NCBI GenBank assembly: GCA_903827975.1
Contig: CAIKKG010000001.1
Coordinates: 26,175 to 90,174, forward strand
Reading direction: 5' to 3'
Length of the DNA stretch: 64,000 nucleotides
Source: an uncultured bacterium
GTDB taxonomy: Bacteria > Patescibacteriota > Minisyncoccia > UBA6257 > GWB1-50-10
A program made the translations under genes and the position numbers. Under the pieces are notes generated by a model, which searched no databases, was not told the origin of the DNA, and was given only the letters and a program-made list of their open reading frames with translations. Below, piece after piece: positions 1 through 9,275 of this stretch. Each line of letters starts with the position of its first letter. Within the stretch, counting starts at the first letter, position 1.

Positions 1-73
1 TAATAGGATCGTTGTAGATAACGAGCACTTATCAAGCGAATCCGAACGTATTAATTCACAGCAATTTTACGCA

Positions 74-436
74 GTGAGGGCGCGCATAGCAAAACAAGAG
101 GGCATACCTGAGGATGAGATATTAGATATATCAGAGAAAAAAAAGTCTTTTACAAGATTCGATTATTATTCCCAGAGAAGGGTGTTGAATTTTATTGTTG
201 ATGCTGTCTATGAAAATAATAAAGAGTCATTTCAAAGCAGGGATGAAATACTAAAACAATTTTTTAGGGCACATTTTCAAGGTAATATTGTTCCAATTGC
301 GAGACTTATCGAGAAAACATTTGGGGAGGGATCATTTAGATTTATTAGTGTGATGGGAGATAACGAAGGTAAGACCTCCAGCATGGTTATGGATTATCTT
401 GTGAAGCAGAAAGCTAGGATTGTGAAAACTGAATAA
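74..436 (+). CDS. hypothetical protein; may be 5'-truncated at the window edge, GTG start
   Basis: 120 aa ORF with no recognisable motifs, followed by a hairpin terminator at 484-508. Confidence 0.35.
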   Translation: MRARIAKQEGIPEDEILDISEKKKSFTRFDYYSQRRVLNFIVDAVYENNKESFQSRDEILKQFFRAHFQGNIVPIARLIEKTFGEGSFRFISVMGDNEGKTSSMVMDYLVKQKARIVKTE

Positions 437-483
437 CGGGTAATTAATTTTTCATGTGACCGTAATAGCTACTTCACATAATC

Positions 484-508
484 AAAAAAGCGCTTTCGCG
501 CTTTTTTC
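484..508. terminator. bidirectional rho-independent terminator (hairpin AGCGC-TTTC-GCGCT flanked by an A-run and a T-run)
   Basis: Perfect 5 bp GC stem with A6 upstream and T6 downstream, lying between a plus-strand ORF and a minus-strand tRNA. Confidence 0.5.
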
Positions 509-511
509 TTG

Positions 512-594
512 TGCCTGAGGTGGGACTCGAACCCACACAGGATTTACCTACACGATTTTGAGTCGTGCGCGTATACCAGTTCCGCCACTCAGGC
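512..594 (-). tRNA. tRNA-Leu (anticodon CAA), CCA not encoded
   Basis: Reverse complement folds as a type II tRNA: acceptor GCCTGAG/CTCAGGC, anticodon loop CT-CAA-AA, long variable arm, T-arm GGTTCGAGTCC. Confidence 0.8.
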
Positions 595-652
595 ATAATT
601 TGTATTCTATGCACATTGAGAATGCCACAGAAATACGATAGAGTAAAGAGTA

Positions 653-1636
653 ATGGCGAGAGTAATCGCGGTATATAACCAAAAGGGCGGTGTCGGAAAA
701 ACGACGACTGCTATGAACCTGGCAGCATATCTTGCAATACACGGGTATCGCACACTTCTTATAGATTTTGACCCGCAATTTAATGCGACGGTTGGACTTG
801 GAGTTCGTCACGCACCTGACGAAACAATTTATCATGCACTTCTAGCAGGACAAATTCCTGAGAGAGTTATAAAACCAACCCATCTTGCAAATCTTCATCT
901 AACCCCATCGTCAGGTGATCTTGCTGGTGCACTTGTCGAATTAGTAAACTTACCAGAGCGCGAGTTCTTTTTGAGAAATTTTGTAATGCATGTTAGACCG
1001 CGATACGATTTTATTTTTATTGATCTTCCTCCAAGTTTAAATTTGTTAACAGTAAACGGACTTTTGGCGGCGGACGAAATTATTGTTCCAGTTCAATGCG
1101 AATATTATAGCCTTGAGGGGATAGCGCAGTTGTTGCAGACAGTAGACCTAATTCGTAATAATGCAGGTCACCCAATTAAAGTGGGGGGTGCACTACTTAC
1201 CATGTACGATAAGCGCGAGCGATTGTCGCGCGAGATAGCCCGCGAGGTTAGAAGGAGGTTTCCTCATCATGTCTATGAAGTAGAGATTCCACGTTCAGTA
1301 AGTTTGGCTGAGGCGCCAAGCTTTCAAAAACCAGTTGCGCTGCACGCCCCTCACAGTTCTGGAGCAGAAGCATATGAGAAATTAGCAAGAGAGGTTGCAA
1401 CGCAATTCTCGACCAGCATTCCTGAGGTACCAAGAGTGATAGTTCCAAAAATTGAAATACCAACAATTGAAACGCAAAGGCAGGAAGTTATTGTGGAAAA
1501 TCTAATGCAGAATATTGAGGACATTCCGGTTAGACAATCATATTTTGAGGAAATTTCTGAGGAGCCATTCATGCTTTTTTCATTGGAAAATGATTCTGAA
1601 AATAATGAAGAAATATCCAGGTTTGGTCAAGTTTGA
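653..1636 (+). CDS. parA: ParA/Soj-family chromosome partitioning ATPase with an about 70 aa acidic C-terminal extension
   Basis: Deviant Walker A KGGVGKTTTAMNLAAYLA at the N-terminus and ParA-like core; 327 aa against about 255 typical. Confidence 0.85.
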   Translation: MARVIAVYNQKGGVGKTTTAMNLAAYLAIHGYRTLLIDFDPQFNATVGLGVRHAPDETIYHALLAGQIPERVIKPTHLANLHLTPSSGDLAGALVELVNLPEREFFLRNFVMHVRPRYDFIFIDLPPSLNLLTVNGLLAADEIIVPVQCEYYSLEGIAQLLQTVDLIRNNAGHPIKVGGALLTMYDKRERLSREIAREVRRRFPHHVYEVEIPRSVSLAEAPSFQKPVALHAPHSSGAEAYEKLAREVATQFSTSIPEVPRVIVPKIEIPTIETQRQEVIVENLMQNIEDIPVRQSYFEEISEEPFMLFSLENDSENNEEISRFGQV

Positions 1637-1956
1637 CACTAGTTTTTCTCAGTAATATTATTTTAAACAGTTCTCATCAGACCAAACCTCGAGATTTTTG
1701 TGCTTCTATATCGGCCGGTATCTTAGCATATTTTGATTGTTGTGAGGTGTGGTGTTGGGCTAACGTATACGTTTTTTAAAACAGAGGTAAGTCATGTAAG
1801 TAACTGGTAGCGCAATATTTTCGGATTTCGAGTTGTTCTTTCTTTAATATATTTTCACTCGAAATTAAACGAATGCGTGTATTAGTTGCTTATAAGGCAC
1901 CTCTGTTTTATTTATTAACTTTTGTTTTTTTGTGGTTAGTATAGAATTAAATAACT

Positions 1957-2988
1957 ATGTTAGGACGAGGACTTGAATCTCTAATTCCAAATAATAATAA
2001 TGGTGGTGCAGGCGATAAGGACGAGTTTTTTGCTCCACAAAAACCGAGTCAGCCTACAAGTGTGCCACAAGGTGCACCTCAACCATATCAACATGTTGCA
2101 CAGCAACACTCAAATTTTACTCAGAATAATAGCCACACAATACCAGTGAGGGTTCCACAACAAATTCATGAAGATACTCGCGCTAATTATGAGCCACGTG
2201 AAAAAGAGCAAAGAGAGTCGGTATTTTTAATAGAGGTAGAGAAAATAAAAGCTAACCCATACCAACCAAGACATGAGTTTGAGGCGGAGGCTCTTCAGGA
2301 GTTGGCGCAATCAATTCGTGAGTTTGGAATTATTCAGCCGATAACAGTTTCTAAGGTAATTAAAGAAGCGGAGACTGGTGCTGATGTCGAGTATCAACTA
2401 ATTGCAGGTGAGAGGCGTTTGCGCGCAGCAAAAATGGCAGGACTAGAAAGAGTTCCAGCTATAGTAAAAAAAATTGATTCTAGTCGCGCAAAATTAGAAA
2501 TTGCGCTTATAGAAAATATTCAGCGCAGTAATTTAAATCCTTTAGAATCTGCAAAAGCGTATGCGAGGTTACAAGATGAATTCGGACTTACTCAGAGAGA
2601 AGTCGCTGTGCGTGTAGGGAAGAGCCGTGAATCTGTTGCAAACACAGTTAGACTACTTAGCCTGCCGACGCAGATTCAAGATGCAATCTCTCAGTCCAGG
2701 ATAACGGAGTCACAAGGGAGAGCGTTACTTACAATGCAAGATCCAAACGAACAGATAAGAATGTTCGAGGAATTATTGCACAAACGAACAAGTGTTAAGG
2801 ATATTAGAGAGAGGTCTGCTCCACAGGATGATCCACAACAAAAGTTTTGGGAAAGAAAGCTTGAAGAAAAATTCGGAGCTCCAGTTAAAATTAAAAAACA
2901 GGGTGGTGGTGGAACAATAGGTATTCAGTATTATTCTAGGGAAGAACTACAGGGAATTTTGGAGCGCCTAATTGGCGAGGGGGACTAA
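1957..2988 (+). CDS. parB: ParB/Spo0J chromosome partitioning protein with an about 90 aa Q/P-rich N-terminal low-complexity extension
   Basis: ParB box LIAGERRLRAAKMAGL and an HTH region (GLTQREVAVRVGKSRESVANTVRLL). Confidence 0.85.
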   Translation: MLGRGLESLIPNNNNGGAGDKDEFFAPQKPSQPTSVPQGAPQPYQHVAQQHSNFTQNNSHTIPVRVPQQIHEDTRANYEPREKEQRESVFLIEVEKIKANPYQPRHEFEAEALQELAQSIREFGIIQPITVSKVIKEAETGADVEYQLIAGERRLRAAKMAGLERVPAIVKKIDSSRAKLEIALIENIQRSNLNPLESAKAYARLQDEFGLTQREVAVRVGKSRESVANTVRLLSLPTQIQDAISQSRITESQGRALLTMQDPNEQIRMFEELLHKRTSVKDIRERSAPQDDPQQKFWERKLEEKFGAPVKIKKQGGGGTIGIQYYSREELQGILERLIGEGD

Positions 2989-2998
2989 TTATATTTTA

Positions 2999-4702
2999 TT
3001 AAATGAAACGATATGTTACCTCACGGGTTCCCTGAGTTTTTTTTAGTTTTACAAGTAATTTAGCTACTTTTTGTTCTGGCAATGCGTCACACCTTATTGA
3101 TATAGTATCGAATGTTTTTCTTGGGTCACTCTGACCGTGAATAGAATTCATACTTATCTTAAATTCTGATAGTACAGCAGTTATCTCGTTTAAATAACCA
3201 TGTCTGGTTTGTCCGATAACTTTAAACTCAACATGAAGAGGGCCCGCCTTTTCCCGAAATGCTTTTGTCTTTTCTCTAAGGGCACTTCGTATGTGACCTT
3301 TAGCTTGTTCAGTTTTTACAAAGCGTAGCCAGTCCTCAGTAGGTTTCTTTCCTTTGTGAGTTATTATTTCAACGACATTTCCAGATTGTAACTCATAGTC
3401 TAGTGGAACTATCTTCTGGTCTACTTTCGCGCCAGTGCACTGATCTCCAATATCCGAGTGAATGCAATATGCAAAGTCTACTGGGGTCGCTCCCTTTGGA
3501 AGATCGATTATGTCATTATCAGGAGTCACCACAAATATTCTATCCTTAAAGAAATCAACTTTTAGTGATTGAACAAATTTTTCCTGGTCCGTGAAATTCT
3601 CCTGCCAATTTTTAAGTTGTTCAACCCAAAGCAATTCTCCGCTCTTTTTTATGCCACTCCAGTTTTGTGTATTATAACCCTTCTTATCGCGAGCCTGCTG
3701 ATATGCCCAGTGCGCTGCAATACCCATCTCTCCCTCCTCATGCATCTCTTCAGTTCTTATCTGAATCTCTGTGATCCTATTATCAACGCAGAATACGGTT
3801 GTGTGTAAGCTACGGTATCCATTTGGTTTTGGGCGGGCAATATAATCTTTAAAACGATTTGGAACGGGCGTCCAGAGGTGGTGGACTACTCCCAATACTG
3901 CGTAGCACTCCTCAATTGTTTTTACGATAATTCTAATTGCAATAAGGTCATGAATTTTTTCAATATCCATGTCGTAGCGTTGTAATTTTTTATAAAGACT
4001 TGAATAACGCTTTGCTCTTGAATCAACCTTAAGCGGGCGAATGTGATTTTCACTAAGTGCCCGCAATAGAATTGGGTTAACTTTTTCTGCATAGCGAATT
4101 CGGGAGCTATAGGAGTCTTTAACTGTTTCAACAAGCCACTTATATTCTTCTGGGTGAATAAATGGAAATGCAAGATCTTCAAGTTCACCAGAAAGTTTCT
4201 GCATACCGAGGCGGTAGGCTAGTGGTGCGTAAATTTCCGTAGTTTCCCACGCAAAGCGATTCTGACGTTCCTTAGTAAGGAATTTCAGTGTCTGCATATT
4301 GTGCAGACGATCCGCAAGTTTGATTATGACAACGCGAAGATCCTTTGTGAATGAAACGACAAACTTACGAAGACTCTCAACCTCCGTATATCTAGTATCC
4401 TCTGGATACTCAAGTGTATGAAGCTTCGTCAATCCATCAACAAGAAATGCAACCTCTACGCCAAAAAGTTTTTCTATCTCTGGTAATTCTGTTTTAGTAT
4501 CTTCTATAACATCGTGCAGGAGTGCGGCCGCAATTGAGGCCTCATCTAAGTGCCACTCGCAAACTGACTCAGCAACTTGTTCACAATGAGAAAAGTATGG
4601 CTCTCCGCTTGCGCGTGTCATGCCCTTGTGAGCTTGTTCTGCAAAAACATATGCTCTTCCCACCAGACTATTTGAATCAAATTGTTTTAATAGTGGAAAC
4701 AT
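2999..4702 (-). CDS. rel: bifunctional (p)ppGpp synthetase/hydrolase Rel (small RelA/SpoT homolog)
   Basis: HD hydrolase motif (LLHDVIEDT), synthetase domain, TGS region (VFVVTPDNDIIDLPKGATPVDFAY) and a C-terminal ACT-like segment. Confidence 0.85.
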   Translation of the reverse strand: MFPLLKQFDSNSLVGRAYVFAEQAHKGMTRASGEPYFSHCEQVAESVCEWHLDEASIAAALLHDVIEDTKTELPEIEKLFGVEVAFLVDGLTKLHTLEYPEDTRYTEVESLRKFVVSFTKDLRVVIIKLADRLHNMQTLKFLTKERQNRFAWETTEIYAPLAYRLGMQKLSGELEDLAFPFIHPEEYKWLVETVKDSYSSRIRYAEKVNPILLRALSENHIRPLKVDSRAKRYSSLYKKLQRYDMDIEKIHDLIAIRIIVKTIEECYAVLGVVHHLWTPVPNRFKDYIARPKPNGYRSLHTTVFCVDNRITEIQIRTEEMHEEGEMGIAAHWAYQQARDKKGYNTQNWSGIKKSGELLWVEQLKNWQENFTDQEKFVQSLKVDFFKDRIFVVTPDNDIIDLPKGATPVDFAYCIHSDIGDQCTGAKVDQKIVPLDYELQSGNVVEIITHKGKKPTEDWLRFVKTEQAKGHIRSALREKTKAFREKAGPLHVEFKVIGQTRHGYLNEITAVLSEFKISMNSIHGQSDPRKTFDTISIRCDALPEQKVAKLLVKLKKTQGTREVTYRFI

Positions 4703-4807
4703 ATCTTCCTAATAATGATAGTAAAATATGCTGAATTGCGCGAACGACCCCACTTTTGGTCAGTATGTTTGACAGCGTTTCAGCCACGCATATACTTATC
4801 TATGAAA

Positions 4808-4834
4808 TTAGCAATGGATAGTCGCCTTTGCTAA
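4808..4834 (+). promoter_or_regulatory. CIRCE-like HrcA operator variant upstream of groES (TTAGCAATG-N9-CTTTGCTAA)
   Basis: 9-N9-9 inverted repeat matching the CIRCE consensus TTAGCACTC-N9-GAGTGCTAA at 7 of 9 positions per arm; located 40 bp upstream of groES. Confidence 0.5.
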
Positions 4835-4872
4835 TAAAGACCACAAAAGTGGTCTCAATAAATTAAAATCAT

Positions 4873-5178
4873 ATGAAATTAAAACCACTATTTAATCGCG
4901 TGCTTATTGAGGCGGTATCAGATGAGGCAAAGGCCACAAAATCAGGGATAGTGCTACCAGATAGTGCTGAAAAGAAAAAGCAAAGCAAGGGCATTGTTGT
5001 GGCGGTTGGCGATGGGAGGTTAAGTGAAAAGGGTGAGCTTCAACCAATGAGTGTAAAAATAGGCGATAAGGTCCTATTTAAAGAACCATGGTCAGACGAA
5101 AGCAAGATTGAAGATAATGGTAAAAAACTTTTCTTGGTCGAAGAGGAAGACATATTAGCAACAATTATTGAGAATTAA
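4873..5178 (+). CDS. groES: co-chaperonin GroES
   Basis: MKLKPLFNRVLIE...GIVLPDSAEKK...GIVVAVGDG matches canonical GroES. Confidence 0.9.
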   Translation: MKLKPLFNRVLIEAVSDEAKATKSGIVLPDSAEKKKQSKGIVVAVGDGRLSEKGELQPMSVKIGDKVLFKEPWSDESKIEDNGKKLFLVEEEDILATIIEN

Positions 5179-5181
5179 ATT

Positions 5182-6819
5182 ATGGCAAAACAGATTTTAT
5201 TTAATGAGGAGGCGCGTATCGCAATGAAGAAGGGAATTGATAAACTTGCAGAGGCGGTAAAAATGACACTCGGTCCTCGCGGAAGAGCAGTTGTAATAGA
5301 AAAGGGATATGGAGCGCCACAAGTAACATTTGATGGAGTGACGGTTGCAAAAGAAATTGAGCTCGAAGATAAGTATGAAAATCTTGGTGCTGAGTTCATT
5401 AAACAAGCGGCAGACAAAACAAATGATAATGTAGGTGACGGAACAACAACATCTGTTGTTTTGGCACACGCAATGATAGAGGAGGGTGAGAAGGCAATTC
5501 GTGAAAAGGGGTTCAATGTAATAAGTCTTGCTGAAGAACTTAAAAAGGGAAGCAGTATTGTTATTAAAGCGTTAGAATCACAGAAGGAAGAAATAGACGA
5601 CAATAAAAAAATTCGCGAAGTTGCAACACTTTCAGCAAAAGATGCTGAGATTGGTTCACTTATTGCCGAGGTTATGGATAAGGTTGGGCGAGAGGGCGTT
5701 GTAACAGTTGAAGATTCAAATACGGTTGGAAATTCATACGAGCTTGTAGAGGGTATGCAGTTTAATAACGGATATATTTCTCAGTACATGGTCACAAATC
5801 AGGAGCGCATGGAGGCCTCACTTGATGAGCCGTATGTTCTAGTGACCGATAAAAAAATATCCTCAATACAGGAAATCTTGCCTGTTCTTGAAAAAATTGT
5901 TGCGAGTGGAAAAAAAGAACTTGTAATTATAGCTGAAGAAATTGACGGGGAGGCACTCGCCACACTGGTAGTAAATAAGATTCGTGGAATATTTAATGTA
6001 CTTGGCGTAAAAGCGCCTGGATATGGAGACCGTAAAAAAGAAATGTTACAGGACATTGCAGTTGTAACTGGAGCATCACTTATAACAGAAAGTCTTGGTA
6101 GGAAGTTCGAGAGCATTGAACTCTCTGATCTTGGCTCAGCACACAGAATTGTTTCTGAAAAAGATAAAACAACAATTGTCGGTGGTAGTGGAGAAAAGAA
6201 GGAGATTGATGAGCGCATTAAGCAATTAAAGGCGCAGATGAAGTCTGCCGATTCCGATTATGATAAAGAGAAGTTACAGGAGCGCCTTGGTAAGCTAGCA
6301 GGCGGTGTTGCTGTAATCAAAGTTGGTGCACCTACAGAATCTGCACAGAAGGAGCTGAAGCAGCGCGTTGATGATGCAGTTTTTGCAACAAAAGCAGCAA
6401 TGGAAGAGGGTATTATTCCAGGTGGAGGAATAGCACTTTTTAATGTTTTCTCATTAATTGAAAAAGCAGAAAAAAATTCAAACCCAGTCGCTGACGCAGC
6501 GCACATAATTCTTAAGCATGCTACCGAGGCACCGCTTATGGCGATCATAATGAATAGCGGAGAAAATCCAACAAAGGTTGTTGAGCAACTTAGTGCACGC
6601 ACAGAAAAAGATATTTGGAAAGGATTTAATGCATTCAAGAACGAGATTGATGATTTAAAGGCGGCCGGCATTATTGATCCACTTAAAGTTTCGAAGACGG
6701 CATTTATGAACGCGATCTCTGTAGCCGCAAACTATTTGACGATTGGAGCCGCAGTTACAGATATTCCAGAAAAGAAGGAAAAGACACAAGGAGGAATGCC
6801 TGGAATGGGTGATTACTAA
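5182..6819 (+). CDS. groEL: chaperonin GroEL
   Basis: MAKQILFNEEAR...GPRGR N-terminus, 545 aa, C-terminal GGMPGMGDY tail. Confidence 0.95.
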   Translation: MAKQILFNEEARIAMKKGIDKLAEAVKMTLGPRGRAVVIEKGYGAPQVTFDGVTVAKEIELEDKYENLGAEFIKQAADKTNDNVGDGTTTSVVLAHAMIEEGEKAIREKGFNVISLAEELKKGSSIVIKALESQKEEIDDNKKIREVATLSAKDAEIGSLIAEVMDKVGREGVVTVEDSNTVGNSYELVEGMQFNNGYISQYMVTNQERMEASLDEPYVLVTDKKISSIQEILPVLEKIVASGKKELVIIAEEIDGEALATLVVNKIRGIFNVLGVKAPGYGDRKKEMLQDIAVVTGASLITESLGRKFESIELSDLGSAHRIVSEKDKTTIVGGSGEKKEIDERIKQLKAQMKSADSDYDKEKLQERLGKLAGGVAVIKVGAPTESAQKELKQRVDDAVFATKAAMEEGIIPGGGIALFNVFSLIEKAEKNSNPVADAAHIILKHATEAPLMAIIMNSGENPTKVVEQLSARTEKDIWKGFNAFKNEIDDLKAAGIIDPLKVSKTAFMNAISVAANYLTIGAAVTDIPEKKEKTQGGMPGMGDY

Positions 6820-6840
6820 ATAAATTTATAACCCTATAAA

Positions 6841-6895
6841 TTGTGTAAACCCCGCACTATTTTAAAGAAGCGGGGTTTTACACACAATTTGAATT
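6841..6895 (+). terminator. rho-independent terminator after groEL (long imperfect hairpin TTGTGTAAACCCCGC...GCGGGGTTTTACACACAA)
   Basis: About 15 bp inverted repeat followed by a T-rich run. Confidence 0.55.
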
Positions 6896-6947
6896 TTTGA
6901 AGATTCAAGGGTAAAGTGAAAGGGTTCAATTTTGTAACTAAATACAC

Positions 6948-7952
6948 ATGTTTATACGAAAAATCGGCATTGATCTTGGAACTACAAATACATTGGTTTT
7001 CTTGCCTGAGAAAGGCATCGTTATAAACGAGCCTACTGTTGTGGCGCTCAGAAAGCCAGATAACACAGTGCTTGCTGTTGGGGCTGAGGCAAAGGAAATG
7101 GTTGGTCGCACACCTGATGATATAGTCACTTATCGTCCGCTTAAGGATGGAGTAATTGCAGAGTATTACATTACGCAGGCGATGCTCAAATATTTTATTT
7201 CAAAAAGCATAGGCTCTTTTAATATTATTCGTCCTGAGGTTGTAATCTCAGTACCTGCTGGAATAACGTCAACAGAACATCGCGCTGTTATGAATGCTGC
7301 AAAAGAAGCTGGTGCAAAAGAAGTCTATCTTGTAAAAGAACCACTACTCGCATCACTTGGTGCGGGAATTCCAATTCACTCAGCAGAAGGAAATATGATT
7401 GTAAATATTGGCGGAGGAACTACTGAGGTTGCTGTAATCTCACTCGGCGGAATTGTTACATGTTCAAGCTTGCGCGTTGCTGGAAATCGTTTTGACAATG
7501 CGATAAGTGAGTACATAAAGAAAAAGTATAACCTAGCGATAGGTGAGAATACCGCTGAGAATATAAAAATTACAATCGGAACAGCTATGCAGAATCGTAA
7601 TAAATTAGAGATGAAGATTCGCGGTCGCGACCTTCACTCCGGACTGCCTAAGGATATGATAATTAATTCTAATGAGGTTGCTGAGGCGATTAACGGACAT
7701 TTAGTGGATATTATGAATTCAGTTCAGGCAGTATTCAATGTGACACCTCCAGAACTAGCAGCTGATATTATGGAGAAGGGGATAATTCTCTCAGGTGGTA
7801 GCTCACAACTAAGAGATCTCGAGGAGTTCTTTAAGCGTTCACTTGGTGTGTCGGCATATGTTGCAGAGAATGCAATCCTATGTGTTGCAAACGGAACCGC
7901 AACAATCCTGAATCATTTAGATGTCTACAAGAGAACACTTTTGAGACGATAA
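6948..7952 (+). CDS. mreB: MreB/Mbl-family actin-like protein (paralog 1)
   Basis: [18 protein letters not shown] phosphate-1 motif and full-length MreB architecture. Confidence 0.8.
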   Translation: MFIRKIGIDLGTTNTLVFLPEKGIVINEPTVVALRKPDNTVLAVGAEAKEMVGRTPDDIVTYRPLKDGVIAEYYITQAMLKYFISKSIGSFNIIRPEVVISVPAGITSTEHRAVMNAAKEAGAKEVYLVKEPLLASLGAGIPIHSAEGNMIVNIGGGTTEVAVISLGGIVTCSSLRVAGNRFDNAISEYIKKKYNLAIGENTAENIKITIGTAMQNRNKLEMKIRGRDLHSGLPKDMIINSNEVAEAINGHLVDIMNSVQAVFNVTPPELAADIMEKGIILSGGSSQLRDLEEFFKRSLGVSAYVAENAILCVANGTATILNHLDVYKRTLLRR

Positions 7953-8716
7953 TGATAGGTCATGAATCAATACAAAAAGCATTTGAGAAACTTGAGCGTG
8001 AAGACTCATTGGGGCACGCATATCTTTTTTTTGGTGACTCTCAGATAGGAAAGGCTTCATTTGCGGAATGTGTCGCATCTTATATTGAAAAAGGCATTTT
8101 TGAAGTTTCAGAAACACAACTCATTGACTCCACTTTATTTCTACCAAACGAGAAAGGAAATATAGGAATTGATGAGGTCAGGAGTATCAGGAGATTTTTG
8201 TGGCAGACCCCACTCTCATCAAAAAAAAGAATAGCAATTATTGATGGAGCAGAGTCATTAACAAATGAAGCGCAAGGAGCAATTCTAAAAATTGTGGAAG
8301 AACCGCCAAAACATGGACTTATAATTTTTGTGACACACGATCCGAGCGCAATTGTGTCCCCACTAGTATCACGTTGTTCAAAGGTTTATTTTTCCAGACT
8401 AAGCACTCAGAAAATTGAAAACTATTTAATTGATGAGAAAAAAATATCAAAAACAGTTGCGCATGAAGTCGCACTAAGGTCATATGGAAGAATAGGTAGG
8501 GCACTAAGATTATTAAATAAAGAAACTAAATCTCCGGAAAACTTATCAGAAGAAATTATAGAAAGAATAATAGAACTTAGAGAGGCTGGCGTAGAGAAGA
8601 ATAGCTCTAAATTAGCATGGTTACTGGAGCGCGAGTCACTAATTGCCAGATTTAATGTAAATCCAAACATTCAAAAGAAGGCGGTTGAATATGTTGCCAG
8701 TCATTCCTATAATTGA
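7952..8716 (+). CDS. holB: DNA polymerase III clamp-loader delta' subunit
   Basis: AAA+ fold with a degenerate P-loop (GDSQIGKAS) and the SRC motif (LVSRCSK). The true start is probably the ATG at 7952 (MIGHESIQKAFEKL), overlapping the mreB stop as TAATG; the 7880 start in the ORF track is an in-frame upstream extension. Confidence 0.6.
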   Translation: MIGHESIQKAFEKLEREDSLGHAYLFFGDSQIGKASFAECVASYIEKGIFEVSETQLIDSTLFLPNEKGNIGIDEVRSIRRFLWQTPLSSKKRIAIIDGAESLTNEAQGAILKIVEEPPKHGLIIFVTHDPSAIVSPLVSRCSKVYFSRLSTQKIENYLIDEKKISKTVAHEVALRSYGRIGRALRLLNKETKSPENLSEEIIERIIELREAGVEKNSSKLAWLLERESLIARFNVNPNIQKKAVEYVASHSYN

Positions 8717-8723
8717 ACTATAT

Positions 8724-9272
8724 ATGAATCCATTAGAAGAATTTAAAGCAGGAATAGCAGGCGCGATACAAGAACTCAAAAAGGAGGTTGGTGGGGTGCG
8801 CGCGAATCGTCCATCGTCAGCTCTTTTAGAAGATATAAAAGTAAATTATTATGGACAACTTACACCAATGAAACATGTTGGTACTGTTTCAGTTGCGCCA
8901 CCACGCGAGCTTATCATACAGCTCTGGGACACGAATGCAGTTCAACCAGCAGCGAAAGCAATTGAGAGTGCGGCACTTGGACTCACTCCAAACACAGAAG
9001 GAAATACAATTCGCATTTTTCTTCCAGAACTTAGTTCCGAGAGACGCGATGAGTTAAAAAAATATGTAAAAAAGATTGCTGAGCAATTTAGAATTCAGGT
9101 GCGTCAGTTAAGGGATGCAGCAAATAAACAAATCGAGTTGCAGTTCGGCGAAGGGGAGATTGGAGAGGACCAGAAATTTAAACTCAGGGAAGACGTACAG
9201 AAACACACAGAAGCCACCAATAAGGATATAGAAAAAATTGTTGACGCAAAGATTGTTGAAATAGACGAATAA
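8724..9272 (+). CDS. frr: ribosome recycling factor
   Basis: RRF core ELIIQLWDTNAVQPAAKAIESAALGLTPNTEGNTIRIFLPELSSERRDELKK. Start is ambiguous (8685 or 8724). Confidence 0.8.
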   Translation: MNPLEEFKAGIAGAIQELKKEVGGVRANRPSSALLEDIKVNYYGQLTPMKHVGTVSVAPPRELIIQLWDTNAVQPAAKAIESAALGLTPNTEGNTIRIFLPELSSERRDELKKYVKKIAEQFRIQVRQLRDAANKQIELQFGEGEIGEDQKFKLREDVQKHTEATNKDIEKIVDAKIVEIDE

Positions 9273-9275
9273 TAA

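Noticed and set aside
548-835. 95 aa minus-strand ORF spanning the tRNA-Leu and the parA start
   Set aside because: It overlaps a tRNA gene and the parA 5' end, and its basic, low-complexity product is typical of AT-rich random ORFs.
1637-1956. Canonical parS centromere between parA and parB
   Set aside because: No match to TGTTNCACGTGAAACA within two mismatches was found by eye. Only unrelated palindromes are present.
5175-6671. Several long antisense ORFs (5175..5603, 5197..5469, 5799..6218, 6258..6671 on the minus strand) inside groEL
   Set aside because: They are fully embedded in the highly conserved groEL frame, have low-complexity Ser/Ala/Ile-rich translations, and lack an RBS or promoter. 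They are typical shadow ORFs.
7880-7951. Upstream extension of holB starting at 7880 within the mreB 3' end
   Set aside because: The internal ATG at 7952 coincides with the mreB stop (TAATG coupling) and the protein aligns from that point. The upstream 24 codons are probably not translated.
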